Assembly: GCA_950097015.1 (NCBI GenBank)
Contig: CATNEN010000024.1
Span: 744,001-808,000 of the forward strand
Reading direction: 5' to 3'
DNA length: 64,000 bases
DNA from: Macrostomum hystrix
Lineage: Eukaryota > Animalia > Platyhelminthes
Both the position numbers and the translations under genes were made by a program. Numbering within the stretch: the first letter of the stretch is position 1; each line of letters starts with the position of its first letter. This document shows, one piece after another, positions 24,801 through 36,994 of this stretch. The notes under the pieces were generated by a model. The model was not told where the DNA came from and did not search any database. It worked only from the letters and a program-made list of their open reading frames with translations.

Positions 24801-27800
24801 TCTCCACTCTACTTTTCCTGTCTGCCCTCCTCTCTCCACTCTTCTTTTCCTGTCTGCCCTCCTCTCTCCTCTCTCCACTCTACTTTTCCTGTCTGCCCTC
24901 CTCTCTCCACTCTTCTTTTCCTGTCTGCCCTCCTCTCTCCACTCTTCTTTTCCTGTCTGCCCTCCTCTCTCCACTCTACTTTTCCTGTCTGCCCTCCTCT
25001 CTCCTCTCTCCACTCTACTTTTCCTGTCTGCCCTCCTCTCTCCACTCTACTTTTCCTGTCTGCCCTCCTCTCTCCACTCTTCTTTTCCTGTCTGCCCTCC
25101 TTTCTCCACTCTACTTTTCCTGTCTGCCCTCCTCTCTCCACTCTACTTTTCCTGTCTGCCCTCTTCTCTCCACTCTACTTTTCTACTTTTCCTGTCTGCC
25201 CTACTCTCTCCACTCTACTTTTCCTGTCTGCCCTCCTCTCTCCACTCTACTTTTCTACTTTTCCTGTCTGCCCTCCTCTCTCCACTCTACTTTTCTACTT
25301 TTCCTGTCTGCCCTCCTCTCTCCACTCTTCTTTTCCTGTCTGCCCTCCTCTCTCCACTCTACTTTTCCTGTCTGCCCTCCTCTCTCCTCTCTCCACTCTA
25401 CTTTTCCTGTCTGCCCTCCTCTCTCCACTCTACTTTTCCTGTCTGCCCTCCTCTCTCCACTCTTCTTTTCCTGTCTGCCCTCCTTTCTCCACTCTACTTT
25501 TCCTGTCTGCCCTCCTCTCTCCACTCTACTTTTCCTGTCTGCCCTCTTCTCTCCACTCTACTTTTCTACTTTTCCTGTCTGCCCTACTCTCTCCACTCTA
25601 CTTTTCCTGTCTGCCCTCCTCTCTCCACTCTACTTTTCTACTTTTCCTGTCTGCCCTCCTCTCTCCACTCTACTTTTCTACTTTTCCTGTCTGCCCTCCT
25701 CTCTCCACTCTTCTTTTCCTGTCTGCCCTCCTTTCTCCACTCTACTTTTCCTGTCTGCCCTCCTCTCTCCTCTCTCCACTCTACTTTTCCTGTCTGCCCT
25801 CCTCTCTCCTCTCTCCACTCTACTTTTCTTGTCTGCCCTCCTCTCTCCTCTCTCCACTCTACTTTTCTTGTCTGTCATATCTAATTTGTCTCTATCAGCG
25901 ACTTATCCAAAAGTTCTCATAAATATAAGAGTCTGAGGGACCCCGGCCGCGTCCCAGACTGACGGGCGGACTAGCGGCACCCCACCTCCCTCCCCATGGT
26001 GATGACGGAGGAGAATGGCGGCCTGGCATCGCATGAAATATGAATGCTCACCAGAGCCACCTGCACACCTGCACAGCCCTAGGCTCTTCAGCCTTCAGTT
26101 GGGAAAAAAACTCATCGTGAGCTTGGGCCCACCTTTGCCTGTCAGGCCACGCGAGGGAATTTTAGAACGACTTAACCCAGACCATAAGCGAACAGGATGA
26201 GCTGGTAGATAGAGGTGCAGTTGCAGGTCGGCAACTGCATAAAACATGACCTGTCAGTTGCTGACAAAAGCTACCCAGACTCCGTCTCAGCACTGCTCTG
26301 CTCAGGGCGGGGGTGGGTGTCCGCATGGCTACTTCATATATGAATCCCGCACTCCCAGCCTCCCAGCAATCTCCCATTCTTTCTATCCCGCTCCATTATT
26401 CCGGCAGAGGGCTTCATCATCACCAAGCAGCTCTCAATGCAAGTTTGTGCGGCACTGCATGCTCAACAATCGGATGCCGTGACGGTGGCTGCCGCGGCCT
26501 CTTCTCTCTTTGTGTGTCTCTCATCCACTCTCTTATACGGCCGTCTCAATCTCTACGATGCCAACGAAGGCTGACTCACTGGGGCTCTTGGAGGACTAGA
26601 GAGAGAGAGAGAGGATATGCAAGAAATTTGAGGACAGCGGGCCGGGGGTGAGGTTTTTGCCGTAGCAGAAGTTTCACGCGCCGGCGGGTGAGCACAGGTA
26701 GGAGTTCCTCCTGTTCCAGATTCTGCTATTACGGCCATAGCCTCTACACACACGCACTTCCACGTGCCCAAGCCATCGCATGACTTCCGGGCTCTTGAAG
26801 GACAGCCAACCAGGCCAGTGTGTGAGTTCCCTTTGAACCCGGGGCCTACCTTCTGAGGTGTCTAAAAATGCAGTGTGTGCTGGAGCAGCGCGATGCTCAA
26901 ATGTACTTCTATAGTCTCCGTGTTACTCTGAGGTACAAATTAAATTATTTTCCTATAGGCTTGACTGAGCAGTCATGTTCCCCTCCACCTTGGAATAAAT
27001 ATCAGTATGAAATAGGTACGAGCGTATTTATCTACCTTTAGGCGTCGAGGGAATTCTTTCCAAAATGGCTCGCTGAATGTGTTTCTTTCGTCTTAATAAC
27101 CTGGAACTGCTCCCTACTCTACAATAGGATCGTACTAGTGCCATTTCTATTAGGATTAATGAATTAGGCACACTATAGGAGCATTTAACTCTGAGCAGTC
27201 ACGAAAGAAAAGAAATCAGTTGATTGTTGAAAGAAGACTGCAAAGAGAGGAAGGTGGCAGCAGCAGCAGCAGCAGCGGGCCGCACAATGGGAAGGATAAG
27301 AAGCGGGTTGGCGGGTAGCTACTGCAGGACAAGAGCCACATCTTTTCAGGTTTGGGCCCCGGAGTGACAGCCAAATTCTATTCCTCTCTCCCCACCCGAA
27401 AGGGGGAATAAGAATCCATCGCCCTCCGGTACCCCGCTGCCAGATCTTGGGGAGGCGGTCTGTCCTCCGCCAGCGCTTCCGCCGTTAAAGTAGAAAGAAT
27501 TGGCTCAATCTTTTGTAGCTCCACCACCCAGCTTTTCAGCGCGGATGGGGATGCCGGCTGGAATAATGGAAGACTGAATTTGCACAGCTATGAATAAGGT
27601 GGCCCTGTCAAGATTGTGAAGAGGATTCCAGTGCGGTGACGACGACAAGGACAGACAGAGAGAGAGAGAAGCAGGAACAGGGGCTCAGTCTGGAGAGAAT
27701 GGCCCATTTCCTGAGACTTCTCGTCTGTCCTCTGGAAGGATTGAAAAAAAATCTGAACAGATGGAAGCATCTATGAGCGATGGGGTATTTTCTTCTAGGT

Positions 27801-30800
27801 AGCAAAATTTGTGCTTCAAAGAATGAATCTCTGTGCTACAAGAAGATGGTTTTATTTCTTAAAATTTAATTTGTAAAGCTTGTTTTTTGCAAACATTTGT
27901 AAAGCGATAAGAGCTTTGGGCTTCTCACCGAGGGAGGTCAAGAGTTCGAATCTCATCCCTAAGAGCGGCAATTTGTGTCCTTCATGTACTGTGCACTTTT
28001 AATTTATTGCCTATTTTCAGCCGATCAGAAGCCGCTAAACTATGACGAAGTGGCCCAGGCGGCTTCAACATCCAACTGTACCGTCTACGTTGGCGGCATC
28101 ACGCGCGGACTCTGCGGTGAGTGCCTTTGGGTCTGTGGACAATTTTAATGGACTAATTCCTCACTAGAAATTCTGTGGGTGTATCATTTCAATAGCTAAA
28201 AAATGGGAAGAAATTCTGAATCTTAGAAAGTTCGATTCTTAAAAATCAATATTCTTAGAGGTAAAGTTTCTACGAAAAACTAAGATTCCTAGAAATCTTG
28301 ATTCTTTAAAATCCACATAAAACCTCGATTCTAAGAAATGGAAAAAAAATCGAGATTCATAGAAATCCATCTATTTAGAAATCAATATATTTTATCTAGA
28401 TTCTTTAAAATCTCTTTGAAATCCAGCTTCTGTAAAACCCTGATTCTTAGAACCAACTATTCTTCGAAATCTTGATTCTTAGAATCACTGGCTAAAATAA
28501 ATTTTGATTAAAAAGACAAAGACTTTTAGAAATAGCTCGTATATATTCTTAGGATTTCGATTCCTAGAAATACTGAGATCGATATCATCATTCTTAGAAA
28601 TGTGATAAAAATTGATTTTCAGATATGACTACTAGAAAAATCCTGCCTTTTTTTAAACACAGATTTTCTGTTATCTCGATTATTTGAAATCTCGAATTTA
28701 TATTAATCATTTTCCGAGTTAATACGATTTTAACAAATAATTATAAGACCATTTTTGGCGAAGTTACAGAGAAAAATGGCTGTCTTCGATCGTGAAATCA
28801 ATTCTTTAACTTGATGTCCCACTAAGCCTGACTCATAGCTCTTGATGCAAGGTGCGAGCGTAAATGGCCAACCAAGAGCATTGCTGAGGTCAGGAGGGCA
28901 GTCATTACCAATCGATTGATCAGATGTGGCTTTTTTTAATAAGCTTTGACCGATTGAGCTGGTTAATCAGCGGCACGAGAAGTTGAGTCTAAAAGCAGCA
29001 CTGCCGCCGAAACTTGGGAAAACATGCTCAGAAAAACTGCTCCCAATGTCTTTATGATTATGGTGAATGGGAAATTAATCCTTTAACTCATCCTACACTC
29101 ACTGATTAGAACTAGAATTATTTGATCCCCGAATTCTTATGGCTTTGATCCCCGAATTCCTCTGGATTTGATCCCCGAATTCCTCTGGATTTGATCCCCG
29201 AATTCTTATGGATTTGATTCCCGAATCCCTATGGATTTGATCCCCGAATTCTTATGGATTTGATCCCCGAATCCCTATGGATTTGATTCCCGAAGTCCTA
29301 TGGATTTGATCCCCGAATTCCTCTGGATTTGATCCCCGAATCCCTATGGATTTGATCCCCAAATTCTTCTGGATTTGATCCCCGAATTCTTCTGGATTTG
29401 ATCCCCGAATTCTTCTGGATTTGATCCCCGAATTCCTATGGATTTGATCCCCAAATTCCATTGGATTTGATTCCCGAATTCTTCTGGATTTGATCCCCAA
29501 ATTCCAATGGATTTGATCCCCCAGTTCTTCTGGATTTGATCCCCGAATTCTTCTGGATTTGATCCCCCAATTCTTCTGGATTTGATCCCCCAGTTCTTCT
29601 GGATTTGATCCCCGAATTCTTCTGGATTTGATCCCCGAATTCTTCTGGATTTGATCCCCGAATTCTTCTGGATTTGATCCCCGAATTCTTCTGGATTTGA
29701 TCCCCGAATTCTTATGGATTTGATCCCCGAATTCTTCTGGCTTTGATCCCCGAATTCTTCTGGATTTGATCCCCGAATTCTTCTGGCTTTGATCCCCGAA
29801 TTCTTCTGGCTTTGATCCCCGAATTCTTCTGGATTTGATCCCCGAATTCTTATGGCTTTGATCCCCGAATTCTTCTGGCTTTGATCCCCGAATTCTTCTG
29901 GATTTGATCCCCGAATTCTTATGGATTTGATCCCCGAATTCTTCTGGCTTTGATCCCTGAATTCTTCTGGCTTTGATCCCCGAATTCTTCTGGATTTGAT
30001 CCCCGAATTCTTATGGCTTTGATCCCCGAATTCTTCTGGATTTGATCCCCGAATTCTTCTGGATTTGATCCCCGAATTCTTCTGGATTTGATCCCCGAAT
30101 TCTTCTGGATTTGATCCCCGAATTCTTCTGGATTTGATCCCCGAATTCTTCTGGATTTGATCCCCGAATTCTTCTGGATTTGATCCCCGAATTCTTCTGG
30201 ATTTGATCCCCGAATTCTTCTGGATTTGATCCCCGAATTCTTCTGGATTTGATCCCCGAATTCTTCTGGATTTGATCCCCGAATTCTTCTGGATTTGATC
30301 CCCGAATTCTTCTGGATTTGATCCCCGAATTCTTCTCGATTTGATCCCAAAGCAGAAGAGCTTCTACGCGAGGCTTTCAAAGACTTCGGCGAGATTCTGG
30401 AGGTCCGCGTGTTCAAGGAGAAGGGCTACGCCTTCGTTCGCTTCGACACACACGAGGGAGCGACCAAAGCCATCATCACCATGCACGGCAAGGAGGTGGG
30501 CGGCCAGCCCTGCAAATGCTCCTGGGGCAAGGAGAGCAACGACAAGGAGAACGCCGCCGTAAGCTTACCTGTTGGCTCGGTATTGAAAATCATCCCACTT
30601 ATCCCTAACAGATCGTGATTAAATGAAAATGTCGAAGATTGCTAATTATCTAACAATTCTAATGATTCAACAATTCTAATGATCCCAAAATCCTCAACGA
30701 TACCACAATCCAAAAGATCCCACAATCCAAATGATCCCACAATCCGAAATGACCCCACAATTCTCAATGATCAAACAATTCTCAATGATCCCACAGTCCT

Positions 30801-32875
30801 CAATGATCCCAAAATCCTCAATGATCCCAAAATCCTCAACGATCCCACAATCCGAAATGATCCCACAATCCGAAATGATCCCACAATACTCAACGATCTC
30901 ACAATCCTCAATTATCCCACAATACTCAATGATCCCGAAATCCTCAATTATCCCACAATACTAAATGATCCCACAATCCTCAATGATCCTAAAATCCAAA
31001 ATGATCCCACAATACTCAATGATCCCGAAATCCTCAATTATCCCACAATACTAAATGATCCCACAATCCTCAATGATCCCAAAATCCTCAACGATCCCAC
31101 AATCCGAAATGATCCCACAATCCGAAATGATCCCACAATACTCAACGATCTCACAATCCTCAATTATCCCACAATAGTCAATGATCCCGAAATCCTCAAT
31201 TATCCCACAATACTAAATGATCCCACAATCCTCAATGATCCTAAAATCCAAAATGATCCCACAATACTCAATGATCCCGAAATCCTCAATTATCCCACAA
31301 TACTAAATGATCCCACAATCCTCAATGATCCTAAAATCCAAATTGATCCCAAAATACTAAATGATCCTACAATCCTAAATGATCCCACAATCCTATATGA
31401 TCCCACAATCCTAAATGAATCCACAATGATCCCAAAATCCAGTTTTGAGTGAAATGACCACACTGGAAGCTAAAAATAGGTTACCTGTCCATCAGCCATG
31501 CTGCTAAGCTTCCAGAAATTCGCTAGCTTCCGAAAGCGGAATTTCCGCATTAGTCAGTCACATTTCATAGCACGCAGGTCTGTGACTGCGGGGAGGCATG
31601 ATGAATCTCAGCATGCAAATGTTTTATGCCTTCAGCTACGCGTGTCGACCTGCTCGACGGACCGAGACGAAGAGGGGAACTGGAATGAAATAAAACAACG
31701 CAGGGGACAAAACAGACTTGGCATCTGCGACAACAGAGATTCAGGAGCACTAGAATGGAACTGCACGAGATAAATTTTCTATTCTAAAAAATAAATAAAT
31801 CACAACTTTCCTTTCTTTCTACTTACTTGAAGGCTGATAGTAGTACTGCAAGAATTGAACAATTACCTGCCCGATTGTAAAAGCGGACAGGTAAAAATAT
31901 TATCCTTCAAGTCTTTGGCTTTCTTTAATCCCACCTCTGAAAATGGGATCGATGAGTATGTTTTTTAATCCCGTTTTGAATAATAGGATCAAAATAAAGC
32001 TAACATACCGTCCCAACTCATTCACGCAGGCTCTAATGACGCCGTACAGTTACTACGCGGCAGCGGCCGGCGCCACAGCAACCAGTCCGCTGGCCTACCA
32101 GGCATACAACCAGCTCAGCTACTTGCAGCAGCCCCTCAACTACGCCAATTACGCGTCAGCGGCAGCCGCTGCCGCCGCAGCTGCGGCTGCATCCTCCGCT
32201 TATCAGGGCGCCGCCAGGTGAGACTCGGTCTGAGCTGGGATTTTTAAAGTCTTGGAAAATAGATTGCTCTACCTGAGAATATGGGAAGATTACCCTACCT
32301 GAGAATATGGGAAGATTACCCTACCTGAGAATATGGGAAGATTACCCTACCTGAGAATATGGGAAGATTACTCTACCTGAGAATATGGGAAGATTACTAT
32401 ACCTGGGGATCTGGGACGATTACACTAACAGAGAATCTGGGAAGATGATTACCCATATAAAAATGAGTGTTAGCAATTTGGTAATGCGATCCTCTAACCT
32501 GAGAATATGGGAAGATTACCTGGAGATCTGGGAAGATTACCCTACCTGAGGATCTGGAAAGATAACCCTACCTGGGGATCTAGGAAGATTACAATAACAG
32601 ATAATCTAGGAAGATGATTGCACAACCCGAGGATCTGAGAAGAAGATTACCCATCAAGAAAGTCGATATCAATAATTTAGTAATGAGGTCGCTTAACAGA
32701 TGCCATTCTCCGACTTCCTCACCGCAGCGGAGGCCTGCTCAACGGCTTCGGCACCGCCGGCGGAAATCCGGCCGCAGCCGCCGCCGCCGCCGCCGCAGCG
32801 CAGTTGGCCGCTGCCAGCCACGCCGCATTCGGCACGCCGACCTCCGCAGCCGTGAGCTTTCAGCAGGCCCACTAA
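9856..32875 (+). CDS. TIA1: TIA-1/TIAR (Rox8)-like RNA-binding protein, ~387 aa, RRM2+RRM3 with Ala-rich termini
   Basis: Phase-consistent exons 9856-10053, 14480-14549, 15303-15390, 18892-19064, 28021-28116, 30356-30558, 32030-32217, 32728-32875. Hallmarks: QKLDTTSHYHIFVGDLAPEI, KPKGYGFVAY, RTIRTNWAVRKPP, NCTVYVGGIT, VFKEKGYAFVRF, CKCSWGKE. Confidence 0.92.
12263..13682. repeat. 16-bp minisatellite (GAGATGAGACACGGGA)n grading into a ~20-bp variant (GGGGATCGAGAGATGAGGCA)n
   Basis: Read directly; TIA-1 intron 1. Confidence 0.97.
13722..13741 (-). mobile_element. possible hAT/Charlie-type terminal remnant (CAGGGGTCGGCAACCTT)
   Basis: AAGGTTGCCGACCCCTG resembles Charlie-class TIRs from memory; no matching partner TIR or TSD found. 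Confidence 0.3.
14575..14891. repeat. 25-bp minisatellite (CTAGAGTGACAACAGGCTGTAGATG)n
   Basis: Read directly, just after the donor at 14550. Confidence 0.95.
15420..15830. repeat. 21-bp minisatellite (GGGATTTCGGTAGCTAGCATT)n
   Basis: Read directly; source of the spurious IPMLATE ORF. Confidence 0.95.
16555..17535. repeat. purine-rich ~15-bp minisatellite (GGAGAGGGGAGATAG)n
   Basis: Read directly. Confidence 0.93.
20285..22835. repeat. 40-bp minisatellite (CAGGATTCCCATGAGTCATTATTCAGTGATTCTCCGCATC)n
   Basis: About 60 near-identical tandem copies with no spacers. Confidence 0.97.
23875..25875. repeat. pyrimidine-rich 32-bp minisatellite (CTCCTCTCTCCACTCTACTTTTCCTGTCTGCC)n
   Basis: Read directly; explains the 684-686 aa artefact ORFs. 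Confidence 0.97.
27905..28000 (+). mobile_element. degraded tRNA-derived SINE fragment
   Basis: B-box-like AGTTCGAATC followed by TGTGTCCTT...GCACTTTTAA, resembling the SINE core seen at 42382. Confidence 0.35.
29120..30348. repeat. 23-bp minisatellite (GATCCCCGAATTCTTCTGGATTT)n
   Basis: Read directly; runs up to the acceptor at 30355. Confidence 0.97.
30660..31440. repeat. 18-bp minisatellite (GATCCCACAATCCTCAAT)n
   Basis: Read directly; source of the spurious NDPTIL ORF. Confidence 0.95.
32270..32640. repeat. 26-bp minisatellite (CTACCTGAGAATATGGGAAGATTACC)n, degenerating 3'
   Basis: Read directly. Confidence 0.88.
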
Positions 32876-34571
32876 TGGCTACCCACATCAGCTGAGAAGG
32901 TGATCTTTTCTTCTCAGTTGCATAGCAACGGACTGGGCTACCACGAGGCTAATGCTCCGCCTCTGTTGCTATGCAATTACGCCTTTTGTCAGTGTGTATT
33001 TGTGTCAGATTTTATTAAATTATAATGAATATTATCTTAATTAATGTAGAAGTAAAGAAATTATATACCTAACTACAAAACGTGCTTATTAAAGAAATAT
33101 TTGTATTATAAGATAATGGTAATAAAATCAGCACATGTACTTACTATCTACTAGCAGTAGTTTACGTAAAGACAGACTGCGCCTGTTTTACTAGTAAGAC
33201 GTGATTCCTTATAATTCTTAAATCTCACTTTTCTGAGATCCCAGACCCAAACCCATTGTCGCTGCTTTTTTAACCCTTGCAATGATCTCTAAAATGCTGC
33301 TGCTGCTGCTGCTTAAAAGCGCAATTCAACGAAATGTGACTGCTGCTAGTTTTTTATATTTGTGATTTTTGCTACTCGTGAACCAATTATTTATTTGCTT
33401 ATTATTTTGAGATGCTGTTCAAAAAGCAAGCAAGCAAGAAAGCTGTGTATATTTACAGTGCTTATAGCTGACTCGTGTTGCGTTGTTCTTTTATAAACTA
33501 TTCATTATCGTGCTTATAATTTGCGTCTTAAAAATTAATTTATTAATCAATAGATCGGCCTTCAAAATCAGAAAAATTGGTGTACTTTTCGTCATGTCCA
33601 GTAGAGCTTAAGCGAAATTCAAACGAATCCAAAACGGTAAAAGTGCACGCTTGCCATGCTAACGTAACAACTTTGTGTTCAAACAATTGCTCAACATATT
33701 CTAAGATATCTGATCCGTTACGGTCATTGTAAGTGTGAGTGTAGATATTCTGTTTTAAAATCTCTACAGCACTAGCACAATTAGTCAGCACCAGAACTGA
33801 TTAGTGATTTAAACGCCTGATATCACACCAGATATTTGGCGGCAGTTTAAACTGTTAAACAATGCTCCTATTTGTTTTCTGCGCTCTTTTATTGTCAAAA
33901 TTTGTCAACATCGTTTAAAAAACTTTATAGACTTTGGAAATGTAGCGGAAGTGCGCAAAGTTTGCAAATTTTGTATCAAAAACATGTCAGCCTCATCTCG
34001 TTAAATTCATATTAGCGGAAACTTTTTCATTGATAATTCTTCAGATTTCGTAAACCCTTGTTGATTGGTGGACTTTTCTAGATGCCGACGATATTGTTGA
34101 ATTGAATGAAGCGAATGACAGTGCTGATTCATGTTTTCCAGTCCCAATACTTTTGTTTTATTTACCTGTTCGTCTGCATGGCCAACTAAATCTCGTTCAC
34201 CGCTTTTGACATGTTGTCTGTTTTATATGCGAGTAAGCTTGGTTTTTAATGGCACCTGGCTTTCTAAGATGACTTACTGGAGGATTTGCCGCCACAGCCG
34301 CCGCCGCTGCTGCTTCACACAGGGAGAGTGTAGAGTGAACAAAAGAATAATATAAAATTCACACTCTGCCCATGCGCTTCGCTTTGCTGCATTCGATCCC
34401 TTACCAGCTTAAGCCTGTTGAAATATTTCAAATAAACTGTGCTTCTATCGCAACGGAAGGCAAAACATTAAATGAAAAAAAACGCTATGCATGTGATTAA
34501 ATTCGAAAGAGCGACTAAACCTTTGAAATGTAAAATTATCAGAACAGGTTTTGCATTTTTTTATTTAAAGA

Positions 34572-36500
34572 GAGTAGACATAGGAGGGGGTAGAAGGAGC
34601 GAGAGTAGACACAGGAGGGAAATAGAGGGAGGGAGAGTAGAAACAGGTGGGGAATAGAAGAATGGAGAGTAGACACAGGTGGGGAATAGAAGAATGGAGA
34701 GTAGACACAGGTGGGGAATAGAAGAATGGAGAGTAGAAACAGGTGGGGAATAGAAGAATGGAGAGTAGAAACAGGTGGGGAATAGAAGAATGGAGAGTAG
34801 AAAACAGGTGGGGAATAGAAGAATGGAGAGTAGACACAGGTGGGGAATAGAAGAATGGAGAGTAGACACAGGTGGGGAATAGAAGAATGGAGAGTAGAAA
34901 CAGGTGGGGAATAGAAGAATGGAGAGTAGACACAGGAGGGAAATAGAGGGAGGGAGAGTAGACACAGGTGGGGAATAGAAGAATGGAGAGTAGACACAGG
35001 TGGGGAATAGAAGAATGGAGAGTAGACACAGGTGGGGAATAGAAGAATGGAGAGTAGAAACAGGTGGGGAATAGAAGAATGGAGAGTAGAAACAGGTGGG
35101 GAATAGAAGAATGGAGAGTAGAAACAGGTGGGGAATAGAAGAATGGAGAGTAGAAACAGGTGGGGAATAGAAGAATGGAGAGTAGAAACAGGTGGGGAAT
35201 AGAAGAATGGAGAGTAGAAACAGGTGGGGAATAGAAGAATGGAGAGTAGAAACAGGTGGGGAATAAAAGAATGGAGAGTAGAAATAGGTGGGGAATAGAA
35301 GAATGGAGAGTAGAAACAGGTGGGGAATAGAAGAATGGAGAGTAGACACAGGTGGGGAATAGAAGAATGGAGAGTAGAAACAGGTGGGGAATGGAGAGTA
35401 GAAACAGGTGGGGAATAGAAGAATGGAGAGTAGAAACAGGTGGGGAATAGAAGAATGGAGAGTAGACACAGGTGGGGAATAGAAGAATGGAGAGTAGAAA
35501 CAGGTGGGGAATAGAAGAATGGAGAGTAGAAACAGGTGGGGAATAGAAGAATGGAGAGTAGAAACAGGTGGGGAATAAAAGAATGGAGAGTAGAAATAGG
35601 TGGGGAATAGAAGAATGGAGAGTAGAAACAGGTGGGGAATAAAAGAATGGAGAGTAGAAATAGGTGGGGAATAGAAGAATGGAGAGTAGAAACAGGTGGG
35701 GAATAGAAGAATGGAGAGTAGACACAGGTGGGGAATAGAAGAATGGAGAGTAGAAACAGGTGGGGAATAGAAGAATGGAGAGTAGAAACAGGTGGGGAAT
35801 AGAAGAATGGAGAGTAGAAACAGGTGGGGAATAGAAGAATGGAGAGTAGAAACAGGTGGGGAATAGAAGAATGGAGAGTAGAAACAGGTGGGGAATAGAA
35901 GAATGGAGAGTAGAAACAGGTGGGGAATAGAAGAATGGAGAGTAGAAACAGGTGGGGAATAAAAGAATGGAGAGTAGAAATAGGTGGGGAATAGAAGAAT
36001 GGAGAGTAGAAACAGGTGGGGAATAGAAGAATGGAGAGTAGAAACAGGTGGGGAATAGAAGAATGGAGAGTAGAAATAGGTGGGGAATAGAAGAATGGAG
36101 AGTAGAAACAGGTGGGGAATAAAAGAATGGAGAGTAGAAATAGGTGGGGAATAGAAGAATGGAGAGTAGAAACAGGTGGGGAATGGAGAGTAGAAACAGG
36201 TGGGGAATAGAAGAATGGAGAGTAGAAACAGGTGGGGAATAGAAGAATGGAGAGTAGAAACAGGTGGGGAATAGAAGAATGGAGAGTAGACACAGGTGGG
36301 GAATAGAAGAATGGAGAGTAGAAACAGGTGGGGAATAGAAGAATGGAGAGTAGAAACAGGTGGGGAATAGAAGAATGGAGAGTAGAAACAGGTGGGGAAT
36401 AGAAGAATGGAGAGTAGACACAGGTGGGGAATAGAAGAATGGAGAGTAGAAACAGGTGGGGAATAGAAGAATGGAGAGTAGACACAGGTGGGGAATAGAA
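34572..36500. repeat. purine-rich 32-bp minisatellite (GGAGAGTAGAAACAGGTGGGGAATAGAAGAAT)n between convergent genes
   Basis: Read directly; explains the 600+ aa artefact ORFs. Confidence 0.97.
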
Positions 36501-36834
36501 ATTAAGTACTTCGCAATGAAAAATTATTCGAAACGGGCAGAAATTCTTAACGCTTAAATTAGTGTGACGTCAAAATCGAAAATAATATCAAAGTGCGCAC
36601 AAAAATCTGAAGAGTGCATCTATTAGAAGGCGAGTATAGTTATTTGGCAGAAATTTAATAAACTTTATTAATATTTAATGTTTAGCAGTACATTACTAGA
36701 AGCCACTGTTGACATAGCGATAGCTAATCAAGGTCAGGTGATAATAACAGGAAGTGAAAATATAATTTCTGGTGCCTGTAGGTACATGGCAAAGGCTAAA
36801 AATAATGGTTTATTGTAACGGACTAGCCGTAGGC

Positions 36835-36958
36835 AATACTAGCAATCCATAAGGGCTAGACTAGCAATCCACATGGACTAGACAGGCGATCCATATGGGC
36901 TATTCTAGCAATCCGTATGTGCTATACTAGCAATCCATATGGGCTATACTAGCAATCC
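36835..36958. repeat. 22-bp minisatellite (CTAGCAATCCATATGGGCTATA)n in a 3'UTR
   Basis: About 5-6 degenerate copies between the stop (36995) and the minus-strand AATAAA (36809-36814). Confidence 0.85.
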
Positions 36959-36994
36959 AACACACCATTAAACATTCAAAGCAAAGAAATTGCG

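Noticed and set aside
23824-25922. Long ORFs in repeats (also 18-800, 12221-13453, 16408-17625, 30679-31452, 34539-36485, 40835-41522, 63574-63993)
   Set aside because: Stop-free frames of tandem repeats, open in several frames at once, mostly intronic.
32916-32978. SECIS element or definite pre-miRNA
   Set aside because: No AUGA/GA quartet, and the 29-nt loop with a 17-bp stem is atypical for Drosha; kept only as a structural element.
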